64,000 bases of DNA, from assembly GCA_963848295.1 (NCBI GenBank), contig CAWKDB010000002.1:1056001-1120000 (forward strand). The letters run 5' to 3'. Shown piece after piece: positions 62,939 to 64,000 of this stretch. The notes under the pieces were generated by a model. It saw only the letters and a list, made by a program, of their open reading frames with translations, ran no database searches and was not told the origin of the DNA. Origin of the DNA: an uncultured delta proteobacterium (GTDB lineage: Bacteria > Myxococcota_A > Polyangia > Haliangiales > Haliangiaceae). Within the stretch, counting starts at the first letter, position 1; the number at the start of each line of letters is the position of its first letter. The translations under genes were made by a program, and so were the position numbers.

Positions 62939-64000
62939 ATGTACACGAATGCGAAGTCGGTGTTCGCCGGTGCGCTCGCCGAGATCGAGGCCGCCGGTTT
63001 GTGGAAGCACGAGCGGCTGATCACGTCGCCGCAAGCCGCGCACATCACGACCAACGGCAAAGAGGTCATCAACTTCTGCGCGAACAACTACCTCGGGCTG
63101 TCGTCGCATCCGCGCGTGATCGCGGCGGCGCGCGCGGCGCTCGACGATCGCGGCTACGGCCTATCGAGCGTGCGGTTCATCTGCGGCACCCAGGATCGCC
63201 ACAAGGAGCTCGAGGCCGCGGTGTCGAAGTTCCTCGGCACCGACGACACGATCCTGTACGGCTCGTGCTTCGACGCGAACGGCGGGCTATTCGAGACGCT
63301 GCTCGGCGACGACGACGCGATCATCTCCGACGCGCTCAACCACGCGTCGATCATCGACGGCGTGCGGCTATGCAAGGCCGAGCGCCATCGCTACGAGCAC
63401 GACGACCTGAACGATCTCGAGGCCAAGCTGAAGGCGACCGCGGGCAAGCGCCTGCGGATGATCGCGACCGACGGCGTGTTCTCGATGGACGGCGACATCG
63501 CGCGCGTCGATGCGATCTGCGACCTCGCGGACAAGTACCACGCGCTCGTCATGGTCGACGACAGCCACGCGACCGGGTTTGTCGGCAAGACCGGGCGCGG
63601 CTCGGCCGAGCTGCGCGGCTGCCTCGCTCGCGTCGACGTCTTCACCTCGACGCTCGGCAAGGCGCTCGGCGGCGCGTCGGGCGGCTTCACGTCGGGCAAG
63701 AAGGAGATCGTCGACTTGCTGCGCAACCGGTCGCGGCCGTATCTGTTCTCGAACACGCTCGCGCCGCCGATCGTCGCCGGTTCGCTCGCCGCGATCGCGT
63801 TGATCACCGAATCGACCGCGCTGCGCGACAAGCTCGAAGACAACACCCAGCGGTTCCGCGCCGGCATGGAGAAATCCGGGCTCGCGATCCGCCCGGGCAC
63901 CCACCCGATCGTCCCGGTCATGCTCGGCGACGCCAAGCTCGCCGCGGACATGGCGCAACGCCTGCTCGACCACGGGATCTACGTCATCGGGTTTTCGTTC
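62939..64000 (+). CDS. kbl: Glycine C-acetyltransferase (2-amino-3-ketobutyrate CoA ligase), runs off the window
   Basis: My translation gives [57 protein letters not shown] and RSRPYLFSN. It is absent from the ORF track because there is no stop in the window. Confidence 0.96.
   Translation, partial: MYTNAKSVFAGALAEIEAAGLWKHERLITSPQAAHITTNGKEVINFCANNYLGLSSHPRVIAAARAALDDRGYGLSSVRFICGTQDRHKELEAAVSKFLGTDDTILYGSCFDANGGLFETLLGDDDAIISDALNHASIIDGVRLCKAERHRYEHDDLNDLEAKLKATAGKRLRMIATDGVFSMDGDIARVDAICDLADKYHALVMVDDSHATGFVGKTGRGSAELRGCLARVDVFTSTLGKALGGASGGFTSGKKEIVDLLRNRSRPYLFSNTLAPPIVAGSLAAIALITESTALRDKLEDNTQRFRAGMEKSGLAIRPGTHPIVPVMLGDAKLAADMAQRLLDHGIYVIGFSF

Overview
A very GC-rich bacterial window (about 70% by eye), almost certainly Myxococcota, judging by MYXO-CTERM tails, four eukaryote-like Ser/Thr kinases, a myxobacterial sigma-70/kinase pair and many Cys-rich lipoproteins. 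Housekeeping genes are ileS, two lspA copies, recN, NAD kinase, rplM-rpsI, pabB, apaH, mgtE, a sirtuin, an ABC-F protein and tdh...kbl. They are interspersed with accessory signalling and surface genes. Many genes carry single-base indels, ileS most of all, which look like long-read or assembly errors. I found no rRNA, tRNA, transposase, integrase or cas gene. The most interesting signals are: (1) a compact module at 48.3-50.8 kb with two related tiny Cys lipoproteins and a phage-fibre-like exported protein, each preceded by the same GCTTACAC-N5-GTGTAAGC operator-like motif, next to a LuxR-type regulator; (2) a 30-bp repeat occurring as two direct pairs that face each other across 4.5 kb; (3) three MYXO-CTERM metzincin-like paralogues with a QExxH zinc motif, the last two coupled to a DUF455 ferritin-like gene and an ATP-grasp-like gene; (4) a POTRA-less Omp85 barrel, a PHM-like copper monooxygenase and a pepsin-like lipoprotein in a row; (5) an IleRS with non-canonical HYGH and EYSKS signature motifs. 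All family calls come from motif recognition only; no database searches were run.
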